A stretch of DNA of 64,000 nucleotides, taken from the NCBI GenBank assembly GCA_044238365.1, contig JBIIDM010000002.1, forward strand, positions 390 through 64,389, in the 5' to 3' direction. The DNA comes from Bdellovibrionota bacterium (lineage in GTDB: Bacteria > Bdellovibrionota_C > UBA2361 > JBIIDM01). Numbering within the stretch: position 1 is the stretch's first letter; each line of letters starts with the position of its first letter. Shown here in pieces: positions 42,344 to 53,894 of the stretch. The notes under the pieces are model-generated. The model ran no database searches and was not told the origin of the DNA. It saw only the letters and a program-made list of their open reading frames with translations. The translations under genes were made by a program, and so were the position numbers.

Positions 42344-42519
42344 CCTGAGTTCGACGTAAGAACAAAGGTAAATGGTTGAAATTGCTTTAGACACGAGAGG
42401 CGTGCAGTGATATAAAAGCGCAGGCTAACAGCTTGCTACGTCGAGCATTTTATATCACGAGCAACGAAGTGGATGAAGTAATTTCAGCCATTTACCGCAG
42501 TGCTTACGTCGAACTCAGG
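42344..42519 (-). mobile_element. MITE-like foldback element, full copy (inverted relative to 15608-15781)
   Basis: TIRs cctgagttcgacgtaagaac (42344-42363) and its complement (42500-42519, one mismatch). Interior is the reverse complement of the 15.6 kb copy with about 12 substitutions. Confidence 0.7.
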
Positions 42520-42530
42520 TTTTTAGATCA

Positions 42531-42591
42531 TTCGCGCCTCGTGACTAAAGCAATTTTAGTCACCTACCTTTGTTCTTACGTCGAACTCAGG
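42531..42591 (+). mobile_element. MITE-like element, right-end fragment
   Basis: cgcgcctcgtgactaaagcaattttagtcacctacctttgttcttacgtcgaactcagg matches 15722-15781 and includes an intact right TIR. Confidence 0.55.
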
Positions 42592-42667
42592 TTAACAGGT
42601 TATGAAAAGTTATCGTTAATAGCCTGGATGCAAACGTAACTGCGACCAAAATTAATTTTCCAGTTTG

Positions 42668-42698
42668 GTTGACAGTATGCCCCAATAAAGGGTATATC
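42668..42698 (+). promoter_or_regulatory. candidate sigma70-type promoter for the rpsL-rpsG-fusA-tuf operon
   Basis: TTGACA (42668-42673), 19-nt spacer, TATATC (42693-42698). About 460 nt upstream of rpsL. Spacing is suboptimal. Confidence 0.25.
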
Positions 42699-43156
42699 AA
42701 CGAAAGTTCTGAAAGTGTGGATGCAATGCTCACCCAGGGTACCATACACAATAGTGTCATTAGAAATCCTCTCAAGGTATTTTTTCTAGGTAGAACTAGC
42801 TTTCAGATGCCTATAGAAGCGAAAAAGCTGAATAGGGTGCAGGTAGGAATGGTTGATAGTAAACTAACTCTACACGATTGTGACCTAACGAAACCTGGTC
42901 CCAAAGTAGAGTAAAGAAACAGCCGTTACAGTATGGGAATTCGAATAATTTATATTTTCATGTGCCTAACCTTGAACAGGTGCCTGTAATTTCGATCGTG
43001 AGTCTTATTGGTTCATCTTTCGACTGGAAAGGAGTGCGCATAGTAATAATTGTGCTTAGTGGACGTTTTCTAACACTCTCTCGAGAGTACCACGAAAAAT
43101 CGTGCACCAAAGCGAATGTAATTTAATTTGTGGCTTACGAATTTGTGGAGTGAAAT

Positions 43157-43531
43157 ATGCCAACAATAAACCAGTTGGTGCGTGAAGGACGAGTTAAGAA
43201 GAGGGTCAAATCAAAGGTGCCCGCTTTGAACCAATGTCCTCAAAAGAGGGGGGTTTGTACCAGGGTTTATACCCAGACTCCAAAGAAGCCAAATTCAGCC
43301 TTACGAAAGGTGGCCAGGGTGCGACTCACGACAGGTATGGAGGTCACAAGTTACATTCCAGGTATTGGACATAACCTACAGGAGCACTCGGTTGTTCTTA
43401 TTCGTGGTGGTCGTGTGAGAGACCTCCCCGGGGTGCGTTACCACACCATTCGAGGAAAGCTCGAAGCTCACGGGGTTACTGGCCGACGGAAGGGTCGAAG
43501 CAAGTATGGTACCAAGCGTCCAAAGAAATAG
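43157..43531 (+). CDS. rpsL: 30S ribosomal protein S12
   Basis: [20 protein letters not shown]..; 124 aa. Confidence 0.95.
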   Translation: MPTINQLVREGRVKKRVKSKVPALNQCPQKRGVCTRVYTQTPKKPNSALRKVARVRLTTGMEVTSYIPGIGHNLQEHSVVLIRGGRVRDLPGVRYHTIRGKLEAHGVTGRRKGRSKYGTKRPKK

Positions 43532-43690
43532 AGGGTAGTTTCTAGCTTAATCGGCAATAAAGATCATCTCGATTTTATAGATTGGAAAAGTACGGCAATC
43601 TGTCTTTCTCGAATCTAAAATTGCAGCTGATCGAAATGGCCCAAAAAAATGACCGTTGAAATCGTGAAATAAGCAAAAGCGGGATAGACA

Positions 43691-44161
43691 ATGACAAGAA
43701 AGAAAAGAGATTACGTACGGCCAGTACTGCCGGATCCTAAGTATGGAGATGAGGTAGTTTCCAAGATGGTAAACAGCATCATGAGGTCAGGAAAGAAAAG
43801 CGTCGCTGAGAGAGTCTTTTATCACGCACTGGACATGGTTAAAGAGAAGTCATCCGCCAATCCAATAGAGGTCTTTCACGCTGCGCTGAGCAATGTAAGG
43901 CCCTTAGTGGAAGTGCGTTCTCGACGTGTCGGTGGGGCAACTTATCAGGTCCCCTCGGAAGTGCGTTCTCGAAGGGCAGACTCGCTTGCAATTAGATGGA
44001 TGATTGGTGCTTGCAATAACCGGTCGGAGCGTACTCTCGACCAGAGGTTGGCAAATGAAATTCTTGACGCTAGTAATAATCGTGGGGCCTCGGTCAAGAA
44101 GAAAGAGGACACGCATCGTATGGCGGAAGCTAACAAGGCATTCTCTCATTTTAGATGGTAG
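43691..44161 (+). CDS. rpsG: 30S ribosomal protein S7
   Basis: 156 aa. [20 protein letters not shown] motif. Confidence 0.95.
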   Translation: MTRKKRDYVRPVLPDPKYGDEVVSKMVNSIMRSGKKSVAERVFYHALDMVKEKSSANPIEVFHAALSNVRPLVEVRSRRVGGATYQVPSEVRSRRADSLAIRWMIGACNNRSERTLDQRLANEILDASNNRGASVKKKEDTHRMAEANKAFSHFRW

Positions 44162-44265
44162 CATTAGTCGTTGCAGACAGTTGGGGCAGATAATTAAAAT
44201 AGTGTCTGTAAGATAATCGGAACCAGGCGCATAGACGACAGAGCAAAAACGGATTTGGAGTACAC

Positions 44266-46356
44266 GTGAGTAAGAGAAACCTAGAGAGAGTAAGAAATAT
44301 CGGCATAATGGCGCACATTGATGCAGGTAAGACTACTACTACAGAAAGAATCCTGTTTTATACAGGAATCAACTACAAGATCGGTGAAGTTCACGAGGGC
44401 GCGGCCACGATGGATTACATGGAGCTCGAGCAAGAGCGAGGTATCACGATAACTTCAGCCGCTACCAGTTGTGAATGGAGCGGGTCTATGGGTGATAAGC
44501 CGACTCATTACATTAATATTATCGATACTCCAGGTCATGTCGACTTTACGATTGAAGTAGAAAGGAGCTTACGTGTTCTTGATGGGGCAATAGCGGTTTT
44601 TGATGGCGTAAGTGGCGTAGAACCTCAATCCGAGACTGTGTGGCGCCAGGCAACTAAGTTTAAGGTTCCCCGTTTCTGCTTTATAAACAAGCTTGATCGT
44701 ACAGGAGCCAATTTTTCAAAGTGCGTTAATTCAATTAAGGAACGACTCGGTGCTCGTGCGGTGCCTGTTCAACTACCAATCGGTGCGGAAAATCACTTTT
44801 TGGGAGTCGTTGACCTCGTGGAAATGAAAGCAATTAAGTATCTAGACGAGAGCAAGGGAGCTCGCTTCGAAGTTGAAGATATCCCTCTTGACATGAGGGA
44901 ACAAGCTGAATTAGCCCGTAATGAATTGATTGAAGCGTTATCAGATAGCGACGATGCGATTATGGATAAATTTCTGGCTGGTGAGTATGTAAGCGCTGAT
45001 GAAGCAAAAAAAGCGCTTCGCAAGGCGGTTATAGGAATGGAGCTATTCCCTGTATTATGCGGTAGTGCGTTTAAAAATAAGGGAGTTCAGCCTTTATTAG
45101 ATGCCGTCATTGACTACTTGCCATCACCCTTGGATGTGCCGCCGATTCAGGGCCTTGATCCTGATAGCGAGGATGTTACATTAACAAGAAATGCCGATGC
45201 TAATGAGCCGTTTTGTGCTCTGGCGTTTAAAATCATTTCAGACCCGTTCGTTGGGACCTTGACTTTTTTTAGGGTGTATTCGGGAACGTTAGAGCCTGGT
45301 ACAGCGATATACAATGCAACCCGAAGTCAGAAGGAACGAGTTGGGCGGATTCTTAGAATTCATGCCGACAAGCGTGAGGATTTAAAAACAATATCTGCTG
45401 GTGATATAGGTGCTGCGGTTGGTTTAAAGGAAACCGTGACCGGTGATACTCTTTGCCTTCAGGATAACAAGATAGTCCTTGAGTCAATTCATGCCCCTGA
45501 CCCTGTGATAAGTATAGCGATAGAGCCTAAGACGAAGGCTGATGAAGAGAGAATGGGCTTGAGTCTGATGAAGCTCGCGAAAGAAGATCCCTCTTTGAAA
45601 GTATTCTCGGACCAGGAAACCGGACAGACGATAATAGCTGGAATGGGTGAACTTCATCTTGAAATTATTCAACAGCGGTTGCTTCGTGAGTTTAGGGTAG
45701 ATACCACTGCTGGCAAACCTCAAGTGGCGTACCGAGAAACGATTGTAGGGCCAGCTGATGCTGAGGTGAAGTACGCCAAACAATCTGGGGGCCGCGGTCA
45801 GTTTGGTCACGTCTTGATGCGAGTTAAGCCTCTTGAGGCAGGAAGTGGTATCGTCTTTAAGGATTCAGTTAAGGGTGGTGTTATCCCGAAGGAATTTATA
45901 CCCGCGGTACAGAAGGGAGCAACGGAGGCGCTTAATGGTGGTGTCTTGGCTGGGTTTCCGGTTATCGACATGGAAATGGAATTATACTACGGAAGTTTCC
46001 ACGAAGTTGACTCAAGTGAAATTGCGTTTAGGATTGCTGGTTCAATGTGTGTAAAGGAGGCTTGTCGAAAGGCGAAGCTACAGCTTCTAGAACCTGTAAT
46101 GGCGGTTGAGGTGGTTTGTCCTGATGATTTTATCAGTAATATCGTAGGGGACTTAAATCGCCGACGTGCACGCATTTTAGGAATGGAACCACGTGCGGGA
46201 GCACAAACTGTTTCTGCTGAAGTTCCACTTTCGGAAATGTTCGGATATTCAACAGATTTACGGTCGAGTTCGCAGGGTAGGGCAACGTACACTATGGAAT
46301 ACCACCATTATGCACCAGTGCCGAGCCAAATTGCTGAATCGATCATAGCGAAGTAG
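44266..46356 (+). CDS. fusA: elongation factor G
   Basis: GTG start. [20 protein letters not shown]1 motif. 696 aa with five-domain EF-G architecture. Confidence 0.95.
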   Translation: MSKRNLERVRNIGIMAHIDAGKTTTTERILFYTGINYKIGEVHEGAATMDYMELEQERGITITSAATSCEWSGSMGDKPTHYINIIDTPGHVDFTIEVERSLRVLDGAIAVFDGVSGVEPQSETVWRQATKFKVPRFCFINKLDRTGANFSKCVNSIKERLGARAVPVQLPIGAENHFLGVVDLVEMKAIKYLDESKGARFEVEDIPLDMREQAELARNELIEALSDSDDAIMDKFLAGEYVSADEAKKALRKAVIGMELFPVLCGSAFKNKGVQPLLDAVIDYLPSPLDVPPIQGLDPDSEDVTLTRNADANEPFCALAFKIISDPFVGTLTFFRVYSGTLEPGTAIYNATRSQKERVGRILRIHADKREDLKTISAGDIGAAVGLKETVTGDTLCLQDNKIVLESIHAPDPVISIAIEPKTKADEERMGLSLMKLAKEDPSLKVFSDQETGQTIIAGMGELHLEIIQQRLLREFRVDTTAGKPQVAYRETIVGPADAEVKYAKQSGGRGQFGHVLMRVKPLEAGSGIVFKDSVKGGVIPKEFIPAVQKGATEALNGGVLAGFPVIDMEMELYYGSFHEVDSSEIAFRIAGSMCVKEACRKAKLQLLEPVMAVEVVCPDDFISNIVGDLNRRRARILGMEPRAGAQTVSAEVPLSEMFGYSTDLRSSSQGRATYTMEYHHYAPVPSQIAESIIAK

Positions 46357-46553
46357 ATTGTATACGGGTAGGTTGGTAAAGTTTTTAAGAGTTAGTTTGC
46401 ATTTCAGGATTAGGGTAATGACTAGAATACTAGAAGGATGCGATTAAGTCCGCTCAATGGGGGCCGAAAATGTTTTCATTTCGGACTGCTCGGTGAGATG
46501 GAATAGCGTAGCCCAAAGTGTCTAGTGTGATTTAATGTACGGAGATAAATGAT

Positions 46554-47750
46554 ATGGCAAAAGCCAAGTTTGAGAGAACAAAGCCTCATGTAAATGTAGG
46601 AACCATTGGACACGTGGACCATGGGAAGACAACGCTCACGGCGGCGCTGGTAGCTACTCAGGCTCGTCGCAATATGGCAACAGCGAAGAGCTATTCTGAT
46701 ATCGCAAAAGGTGGAACAGTAAGAGACTCATCGAAGACGGTAACGATTGCAAGTGCTCACGTCGAATATGAAACAGCCAATAGACACTATGCTCATGTGG
46801 ACTGTCCAGGGCATGCTGACTATGTAAAAAACATGATTACCGGTGCTGCTCAGATGGATGGGGCAATATTGGTAGTTAGTGCCGCAGATGGCCCAATGCC
46901 TCAAACCAGAGAGCATATTCTACTTGCGCGCCAGGTAGGAGTGCCAAAAATTGTGGTGTTCCTCAATAAGGTAGATAAAGTCGACGACGAGGAATTGTTA
47001 GACCTTGTAGAAATGGAAGTACGCGATCTACTTTCACAGTATGACTACCCTGGGGACGATACCCCTATTATCAAAGGGAGTGCACTTAAAGCGTTAGAGG
47101 GTGAGCAGAGTGAGATAGGAGAAGGGTGTATCGAGAAACTTCTTGCGACCATCGACGAATATGTTCCTCTGCCTGTGCGGGAAATTGATAAAACCTTTTT
47201 GATGCCGGTTGAAGATGTATTCTCAATACCTGGCCGAGGTACTGTTGCAACGGGAAGAATCGAGAGGGGACGAATTAAGGTAGGTGAGGAAATTGAGATA
47301 GTTGGTTTAGCGGACACTCAAAAGACGACATGTACTGGCGTAGAAATGTTCAACAAGTCGTTGGATGAAGGGCAGGCCGGTGACAATGTCGGACTGTTAG
47401 TTCGTGGTCTTAAGAGAGAGCAAATTGAACGTGGACAGGTGGTTGCTAAGCCCGGAAGTATTAAACCTCATACGAAGTTTAAAGCAGAGGCTTACATCCT
47501 TAAGAAGGATGAGGGCGGACGTCATAAGCCGTTCTTTTCAGGGTATAGGCCGCAGTTTTACTTCAGGACTACAGACGTGACAGGAACCATTAAGCTCCCA
47601 GAAGGAGTTGAAATGGCTATGCCTGGAGACCACATCAATGTAGAAGTTGAACTTCATTTGCCAATTGCAATGGAAAAGCAAGTTCGTTTTGCTATCCGTG
47701 AAGGTGGAAAAACAGTGGGATCAGGAGTTATTACAGAAGTTATTTTGTAG
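46554..47750 (+). CDS. tuf: elongation factor Tu
   Basis: 398 aa. [22 protein letters not shown] motifs. Confidence 0.95.
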   Translation: MAKAKFERTKPHVNVGTIGHVDHGKTTLTAALVATQARRNMATAKSYSDIAKGGTVRDSSKTVTIASAHVEYETANRHYAHVDCPGHADYVKNMITGAAQMDGAILVVSAADGPMPQTREHILLARQVGVPKIVVFLNKVDKVDDEELLDLVEMEVRDLLSQYDYPGDDTPIIKGSALKALEGEQSEIGEGCIEKLLATIDEYVPLPVREIDKTFLMPVEDVFSIPGRGTVATGRIERGRIKVGEEIEIVGLADTQKTTCTGVEMFNKSLDEGQAGDNVGLLVRGLKREQIERGQVVAKPGSIKPHTKFKAEAYILKKDEGGRHKPFFSGYRPQFYFRTTDVTGTIKLPEGVEMAMPGDHINVEVELHLPIAMEKQVRFAIREGGKTVGSGVITEVIL

Positions 47751-47768
47751 TAGCACATGCATTTGACC

Positions 47769-47805
47769 GACCATCCTTGTTATAAATTCTATAACAAGGA
47801 TGGTC
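47769..47805 (+). other. perfect 16-bp-stem hairpin between tuf and rpsJ (gaccatccttgttata-aattc-tataacaaggatggtc)
   Basis: Perfect inverted repeat 18 nt after the tuf stop. No downstream U-tract on either strand. Confidence 0.5.
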
Positions 47806-47881
47806 GTAGCCTCAAGTTACTGTAGTTCAGGTCGCTACAGGTGAGAGGTAGAAATAGCAACAGCAATTAGGAAAATTCATT

Positions 47882-48196
47882 ATGATAGGTGGTCAACTTA
47901 TCCGCATTCGGCTAAAGGGATATTCTCATAAGCTTTTGGACTCAGCGGTATCAGAGATAGTAAGTACTGTCAGACGCACAGGTGGAAGGGTTGCTGGTCC
48001 AATTCCACTCCCAACACGTATTCAGAGATATACGGTGAATAGATCTCCATTCGTGGACAAGAAGTCGCGTGAACAGTTTGAAATGAGGACGCACAAGCGC
48101 CTGATTGATATTCTGGAGCCAACGCAGCAAACCATTGACGATCTCGGAAAATTAGAGCTCTCAACTGGGATAGACGTAGAAATACAACTGAAGTAG
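47882..48196 (+). CDS. rpsJ: 30S ribosomal protein S10
   Basis: [22 protein letters not shown] motif. 104 aa. Confidence 0.95.
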   Translation: MIGGQLIRIRLKGYSHKLLDSAVSEIVSTVRRTGGRVAGPIPLPTRIQRYTVNRSPFVDKKSREQFEMRTHKRLIDILEPTQQTIDDLGKLELSTGIDVEIQLK

Positions 48197-48331
48197 CTTT
48201 GGTTCTATTTTAAACCTAACCAACATCAGCAAAGGGATTGGTTAGGAGAGGCAAGTCAGTACGTCCCATACCAGGGAGTTCTGATGGATTGCAAGTAATT
48301 TTGTAAAAGGCATGTGGGAGAGTTAACCAGC

Positions 48332-48988
48332 ATGGAAACGTTAAAGTCGCTGAATGGAGCGCTTGGGGAAAAAGTCGGGATGACTCATCTGTTTACAGAT
48401 GATGGGTCATGTATCCCTGTTACTGTCGTAAAGGTAGGACCATGTGTGGTAATACAGTGCAAAACTTCTGAAAAGGAAGGGTATGAGGCGGTACAAGTTG
48501 GGATTCGGCAACAGAAACCGCAACGAGTCAATAAACCTCTTACGGGGCATTTCAGTGCAGCGGGAAAGGGAGCATTTTCAGTGTTAAAGGAGCTGAAGGT
48601 CGATACTTCCCAAGGCGAAATGCCGGATCTTGGTTCGGAAATAACAGTTGGCCAGTTGTTTAAGGCTGGGGATTTCGTAGATATTACTGCAAATTCTTTG
48701 GGGCGTGGCTTTTCCGGTGTTGTTAGGCGGCATCACATGAAGGGACAACCAGCAACTCGAGGAACACATGAATATCGACGTCACGTTGGATCGATCGGGT
48801 GTAGAAAAACACCTGGTCGTGTTCACAAGAATAAGCGTATGCCTGGTCGCATGGGTGGCAATGCCGTTACAGTTCAGAACCTAAAGATTATGAAGGTTTT
48901 GGCTGAGGAAGGTGTCTTGTTAGTTAAGGGATGTATTCCGGGCCCACGAGGAAATGTGGTGACGGTAAATCGCTCAGCTAAGAGGTAA
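48332..48988 (+). CDS. rplC: 50S ribosomal protein L3
   Basis: GALGEKVGMTHLFT.. N-terminus. ORF-track start 48314. Confidence 0.9.
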   Translation: METLKSLNGALGEKVGMTHLFTDDGSCIPVTVVKVGPCVVIQCKTSEKEGYEAVQVGIRQQKPQRVNKPLTGHFSAAGKGAFSVLKELKVDTSQGEMPDLGSEITVGQLFKAGDFVDITANSLGRGFSGVVRRHHMKGQPATRGTHEYRRHVGSIGCRKTPGRVHKNKRMPGRMGGNAVTVQNLKIMKVLAEEGVLLVKGCIPGPRGNVVTVNRSAKR

Positions 48989-49126
48989 GTCACAAGCCCA
49001 GAGGTTGGACGTGAGCAAATAGGTAAGTACTACCATGATAGCTAAAAAGTGATGCGTTAGGTCACTTTCCGATGGCGGTAGTGCAACAAAGTATAAAAGG
49101 ACATTCGAGAAAGCTCGAGGAGGACC

Positions 49127-49852
49127 GTGGAAGTTAAAGGATCATTGGATAAAAAGAGCGCTGTTATCGAGGCGTCTGAAGTAACGGCTTGGAGTGGTAA
49201 GGTATTTCTTCAGGGAAGTGAAGGCATTGCAAGCTCGCAGGAGGCGGCTTGTTCAGGTCGAGTCGTGGCGTTGAGCCCAGAGTTGTTCATGCAACCCTGT
49301 CGGACAAGTGTTCTTCATCAGGTTACTGTTTGGCAGCAATCGAAGGCTCGACAGGGTACGCGGAAGGCCAAGCGGAAGGCTGAGGTCTCGTGTTCCAAGA
49401 AGAAGCCTTGGAAGCAGAAGGGAACCGGACGAGCTCGAGCGGGTGCCGCTAATTCTCCGCTTTGGGTCGGAGGAGGGGTCGCGCATGGGCCATTGCCGTT
49501 TACCTACACTGGTAAGGTGCCTAGAAAGGTCAGGTTAATGGCGCTTAAGGGAGCGCTCACAGATAAGGCCTTACACAATAGGATTACAGTTGTTGAGAGC
49601 TTCGACGCGGTATCAGGGAAGACGAAGGAAATTGTGAGACTGCTCAACGCGGCAAAGATAGACGGGGGAGCTGTGCTGGTTGTGGCGGGTGGTAACATCG
49701 ATAAAGTCCGATTAGCTTGCGCCAATCTGCAACGAGTAGAAGTTTTGCCACCGATAGGTGTGAACGTTTATGATTTGCTTAAGAGCAAGTACGTTGTTGT
49801 CGATGAGGCCGGACTGCAGGGCCTTCAGGGCCGGATTTTGGAAGAGAAGTAG
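49127..49852 (+). CDS. rplD: 50S ribosomal protein L4
   Basis: ARQGTRKAKRKAEVSCSKKKPWKQKGTGRARAG motif. 241 aa with about 35-aa N-terminal extension relative to E. coli. Confidence 0.9.
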   Translation: MEVKGSLDKKSAVIEASEVTAWSGKVFLQGSEGIASSQEAACSGRVVALSPELFMQPCRTSVLHQVTVWQQSKARQGTRKAKRKAEVSCSKKKPWKQKGTGRARAGAANSPLWVGGGVAHGPLPFTYTGKVPRKVRLMALKGALTDKALHNRITVVESFDAVSGKTKEIVRLLNAAKIDGGAVLVVAGGNIDKVRLACANLQRVEVLPPIGVNVYDLLKSKYVVVDEAGLQGLQGRILEEK

Positions 49853-49898
49853 AGCCGCTGAACGATAATGGGTACTGGAAAGTAAGAGGGAGTTAAAG

Positions 49899-50198
49899 AT
49901 GAAAAATGATACCGTAGCTCGCGCTCATATGTATCAAAAGCTGATAAGGCCAATCATTACTGAGAAGACTAGCTCGGGTGGTGATGTTGTTCTTGAAGTT
50001 GATCGACGGATGACAAAGCTTGAGATCAGAGAGGCATTTGAATCAGTTTTCAGTGTTAAAGTGAAGAGCGTTCGTACCATCAACCAGAAAGGGAAGGTGA
50101 AGGGATCATTGGGAAAGGTCGGGCGGAGAAAGGACATTAAAAAGGCCTATATCTCGCTTGTTGAGGGTCAAAATTTTGAGTTGATCGAGGGGCTGTAG
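49899..50198 (+). CDS. rplW: 50S ribosomal protein L23
   Basis: 99 aa. IRPIITEKTS and VKSVRTINQKGK motifs. Confidence 0.95.
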   Translation: MKNDTVARAHMYQKLIRPIITEKTSSGGDVVLEVDRRMTKLEIREAFESVFSVKVKSVRTINQKGKVKGSLGKVGRRKDIKKAYISLVEGQNFELIEGL

Positions 50199-50204
50199 AA
50201 GATA

Positions 50205-51041
50205 ATGGGAATAGTACGAAGCAAACCAGTTACTCCCGGACGCAGGCAATATTCAGTTTCGGATTTTGTTGAAATAACCAAAACTCGACCAGAAAAGTCG
50301 TTGGTTGTTGGATTGCGTCGAACTTCCGGGATAAATAACCTTGGAAGGAAGACGAATATCAACCGTGGAGGGGGGCATAAGAAGCTCTATCGGTTGGTGG
50401 ATTTCCGGCGTGAGAAGGATGGAATACCGGGTAAGGTTGTAGCCGTGGAGTACGATCCGAACCGAACATCTCGAATAGCACTTATTCAATATGCGGATGG
50501 TGAGAAGCGTTATATTCTTGCTCCTGATGGACTAAAGGTCGGGGCTCAGGTAATGTCAGGCAGCCAAGCGGAAATTGAACCAGGTAACGCGAAGGCACTC
50601 GGTGAAATTCCTACAGGTCAGGTTGTTCACAATGTTGAGCTGAAAGTTGGAGCTGGTGGTGTTTTAGTACGCTCGGCCGGGGTCGGCGCACAGATAGTAG
50701 CTAAGGAAGGAAATTACGTGACTCTACGTATGCCTTCAGGTGAAATGAGAAAGGTATTTCGTGAGTGCAAGGCGACAATAGGGGTATTGGGTAACCCATC
50801 TCATGCGAATATGAGCTTGGGTAAAGCCGGTAGAAATCGGTGGTTAGGGCGGCGGCCGCACAACCGGGGTGTCACGAAGAATCCAGTGGATCATCCAATG
50901 GGTGGTGGAGAAGGACGTACTTCGGGAGGACGCCATCCAGTGTCGCCAACGGCGATTCCTGCTAAGGGCTATAAGACCAGAAAGAATAAGAGAACTAGTA
51001 AGTTCATTGTTCGGTCTAGAGCACTTGCAAAACGTAAATAA
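50205..51041 (+). CDS. rplB: 50S ribosomal protein L2
   Basis: 278 aa. [25 protein letters not shown] motifs. Confidence 0.95.
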   Translation: MGIVRSKPVTPGRRQYSVSDFVEITKTRPEKSLVVGLRRTSGINNLGRKTNINRGGGHKKLYRLVDFRREKDGIPGKVVAVEYDPNRTSRIALIQYADGEKRYILAPDGLKVGAQVMSGSQAEIEPGNAKALGEIPTGQVVHNVELKVGAGGVLVRSAGVGAQIVAKEGNYVTLRMPSGEMRKVFRECKATIGVLGNPSHANMSLGKAGRNRWLGRRPHNRGVTKNPVDHPMGGGEGRTSGGRHPVSPTAIPAKGYKTRKNKRTSKFIVRSRALAKRK

Positions 51042-51073
51042 TTTGTTAGTTAAATAAAATAACAGGAGTAAAA

Positions 51074-51337
51074 GTGGCGCGTTCGATTAAAAAGGGTCCT
51101 TTTATTGATGAGAGCCTACTTAAGTGGGTGAGTAGAGTGAAGGAAGGAAAGCACAAAGGGGTGATAAAGACTTGGTCCAGAGCTTCAACAATTCTGCCTG
51201 ATATGGTAGGGATGACGTTCGCAGTGCATAATGGGAAGAAATTTAATCCTGTGTTTGTTACTGAAAATATGGTGGGACACAAGCTTGGAGAGTTCTCGCT
51301 AACTCGAACCTTCAAAGGGCATGCAGGTAAAAAGTAG
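51074..51337 (+). CDS. rpsS: 30S ribosomal protein S19
   Basis: [18 protein letters not shown]..; 87 aa. Confidence 0.95.
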   Translation: MARSIKKGPFIDESLLKWVSRVKEGKHKGVIKTWSRASTILPDMVGMTFAVHNGKKFNPVFVTENMVGHKLGEFSLTRTFKGHAGKK

Positions 51338-51368
51338 GCGCCACTGAGGCAAGTAGGAGCAGGAAGAT

Positions 51369-51716
51369 ATGAAAAAGCAGTTAAAAGCAGTCAGTACCGC
51401 ACAATTAAGAAACATAAGAGTTTCACCGAGGAAAGCGCGGCTAGTGGCCGATATTATTAGAGGGGAACGGGCGACTGAGGCACTCCGTCGATTGCAGTTT
51501 TGCGAGAAGAAGAGTGCTGCTATGCTCTCGAAGCTCCTTATGTCGGCTATTTCGAATGCCAAAGAAAAAATTGATGTTGATATTGATGAGTTGGTCGTGA
51601 CGGGACTGACAGTGGATATGGGGCGTACGTTAAAGAGGTTTCTTCCGAGAGCCCAGGGGCGGGCATCGAATATTAGGAAACGTTCTTCCCATATATCTCT
51701 GCAGTTAGGGATGTAA
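51369..51716 (+). CDS. rplV: 50S ribosomal protein L22
   Basis: 115 aa. RVSPRKARLVADIIRG motif. Confidence 0.95.
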   Translation: MKKQLKAVSTAQLRNIRVSPRKARLVADIIRGERATEALRRLQFCEKKSAAMLSKLLMSAISNAKEKIDVDIDELVVTGLTVDMGRTLKRFLPRAQGRASNIRKRSSHISLQLGM

Positions 51717-51840
51717 CAGTTTAGAAACGATGGCCCGTCAACACGTTAGGTAAAGTTGCGAGGCAGTGAGAAGAATCGATTAGATTTATTCCTAGGGATG
51801 GTTTGGTCGAAAAGAGATTACGTCAAGGAGTGTAAGAAAG

Positions 51841-52503
51841 ATGGGTCAGAAAGTACATCCGAAAGGATTTCGGATCGGGGTAATAGAGACGTGGGCTTCG
51901 AGATGGTTTGCTTCTAAGGAGTTCGCTAAATACCTGTCTGAAGATGACGCGATTAGGAAGTTTGTAAAGAAAAAACTTCACTCTGCAGGAATTTCCAAGG
52001 TAGAAATCGAAAGAGCTGCGGCAAGGATGAGGGTGAACATATTTACCGCAAAGCCTGGGCTTGTCATTGGTAGAAAGGGCAAGGACATTGAGGAGCTCAA
52101 GAGCGAGTTGCGACGATTGGTTTCTAGGGACTTGGCAGTAAATATAATAGAAGCTCGTAAGGCAGAGACAGATGCGCAGTTGGTAGCAGAATCTATAGCA
52201 ATGCAGCTAGAGCGGAGGGTGAATTTTCGTCGTGCGATGAAAGACTCTGTTACTAAGGCACAGAGGGCTGGCGCCGAAGGTATTAAGGTGAGTGTCGCCG
52301 GTCGAGTAAATGGTGCTGAGATTGCCAGAACCGAGAAATACAAGGAAGGACGTATCCCTCTTCACACATTAAGAGCTGAAATCGATTATGGATTTGCCGA
52401 AGCTCAGACCACCTACGGAAAATTGGGTGTGAAAGTTTGGGTCTTTAAGGGAGAGAAATATGGAGTAGGTGAAACTGTTCCATTAGAGGCTATGCAATTG
52501 TAG
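51841..52503 (+). CDS. rpsC: 30S ribosomal protein S3
   Basis: [13 protein letters not shown]..; KH domain. 220 aa. Confidence 0.95.
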   Translation: MGQKVHPKGFRIGVIETWASRWFASKEFAKYLSEDDAIRKFVKKKLHSAGISKVEIERAAARMRVNIFTAKPGLVIGRKGKDIEELKSELRRLVSRDLAVNIIEARKAETDAQLVAESIAMQLERRVNFRRAMKDSVTKAQRAGAEGIKVSVAGRVNGAEIARTEKYKEGRIPLHTLRAEIDYGFAEAQTTYGKLGVKVWVFKGEKYGVGETVPLEAMQL

Positions 52504-52603
52504 TAAGCACGAGTATTATAGATGCTTTTATTAGCATAAATACTTGAATAGATTTAAAAATAATGTGCGTTCTTCGCACTGGTGGCGAGAGGAATAGAGA
52601 GCA

Positions 52604-53029
52604 ATGTTAGCACCAAGGAAAGTCAAACATAGAAAACAAATGAAGCTTGCGCGGCATCTGCGGGGCACTGAAACAAGAGGCTGCGAGTTGAGTTTTGGTA
52701 ATTTTGGATTGTATGCTATAGAGTCAGGGTACGTTACTGCGCGACAAATAGAAGCAGCTCGGGTGGCGATTAGTCGGCATGCAAAGAAGGGAGTCAAGGT
52801 CTGGATTAGAATTTTTCCCGACAAACCGATTACGAAGAAGCCTGCTGAAACTCGGATGGGTTCTGGAAAAGGATCACCAGAGTACTTCGTAGCGGAAGTT
52901 CGGGCCGGGCGTCTGATGTACGAATTGACTGGAGTCGGAGGAACGATTGCAAGAGAGGCCCTAGTAAGGGCTGCAGCCAAGCTTCCGTTAAAGTGCAAGA
53001 TTGTAGAGCGAGTGGACTCGTTACTGTAA
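52604..53029 (+). CDS. rplP: 50S ribosomal protein L16
   Basis: [12 protein letters not shown]..; 141 aa. Confidence 0.95.
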   Translation: MLAPRKVKHRKQMKLARHLRGTETRGCELSFGNFGLYAIESGYVTARQIEAARVAISRHAKKGVKVWIRIFPDKPITKKPAETRMGSGKGSPEYFVAEVRAGRLMYELTGVGGTIAREALVRAAAKLPLKCKIVERVDSLL

Positions 53030-53123
53030 AGGGGGATGAGTTTCGGGGCGGACTTAAACGAGCGTCGCCATTATCGAGATTGATCTGAGAGATTCATGTG
53101 TGAAGTTATTGATTGAGGGCAAA

Positions 53124-53327
53124 GTGAAGCGGAAAGATTTCCTAAAGGAGTGGCGGCAAAAGTCTGCTCAGGAGTTAGCTGATGAGGTACGACGCGAAGA
53201 AGAGGCGCTAATGAAAGTGCGATTTAGGAGTGCGGTAAATCAGGTACAGAATACGTCCGAGAGTCGGTTTGCTAGAAGGCGAATAGCTCGACTTAGAACG
53301 GTTCTAAATGAGATTAGCAGTAGATAG
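53124..53327 (+). CDS. rpmC: 50S ribosomal protein L29
   Basis: Alignment to L29 begins near KDFLKEWRQKSAQEL. GTG at 53124 with GAGGG RBS gives 67 aa. ORF track uses the upstream ATG at 53100. Confidence 0.8.
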   Translation: MKRKDFLKEWRQKSAQELADEVRREEEALMKVRFRSAVNQVQNTSESRFARRRIARLRTVLNEISSR

Positions 53328-53394
53328 TTGACGAATCTCGATAACGGTCAAGTACGTTATTGTATCCAAATAAAAGGTATTTAGAGGTCTTAAG

Positions 53395-53673
53395 ATGGCA
53401 GAGGAAGTAAAGCTTCGACACGGCAAAACGCAAGAGGGAGTTGTCGCTCGAACCACGATGAATAAAACAGTTATAGTTGAGGTAACGCGCCAGATACAAC
53501 ATCCACTGTTCCAGAAGATCGTTCGCCGCACGCGAAATTTTTTAGTTCATGACGAGAAAAACGAGTGTAAGGTGGGCGATAAGGTTCGAATAGTTGAAAC
53601 AAGCCCGATTAGTAAGACCAAGAGATGGAAGCTTCGCGAAATTGTTAGGTCAAATGCCTTGGGTTTAGAGTAG
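53395..53673 (+). CDS. rpsQ: 30S ribosomal protein S17
   Basis: 92 aa. GVVARTTMNKTVIVEV..VHDEKNECKVGDKVRIVE motif. Confidence 0.95.
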   Translation: MAEEVKLRHGKTQEGVVARTTMNKTVIVEVTRQIQHPLFQKIVRRTRNFLVHDEKNECKVGDKVRIVETSPISKTKRWKLREIVRSNALGLE

Positions 53674-53894
53674 TCTTTTGTCGGTCAGGGACCGTAAGGC
53701 GTGATAGTTGCGATAGTATGTCCCGCGCATCCTTAAAGAGATGAACGGGTATTAGTCAAAAAAAAAGTTGCATCGAGAGATAAAAGTCTGTCAATCTCGG
53801 CAACCTTTATTATAGATGTTTTTGCCGCAGGTCGGCGAGTTGACCTCTTTCAAAGTAATGAGAGAGAGTATAGTAAGTTGGAGGCTTAAAAGAA

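Noticed and set aside
42433-42914. Three small ORFs (42433..42639 +, 42587..42775 -, 42669..42914 +) in the rpoC-rpsL spacer
   Set aside because: The first two overlap MITE copies or fragments and the third lies in the rpsL 5' leader downstream of the candidate promoter. None has an RBS or recognisable motifs.
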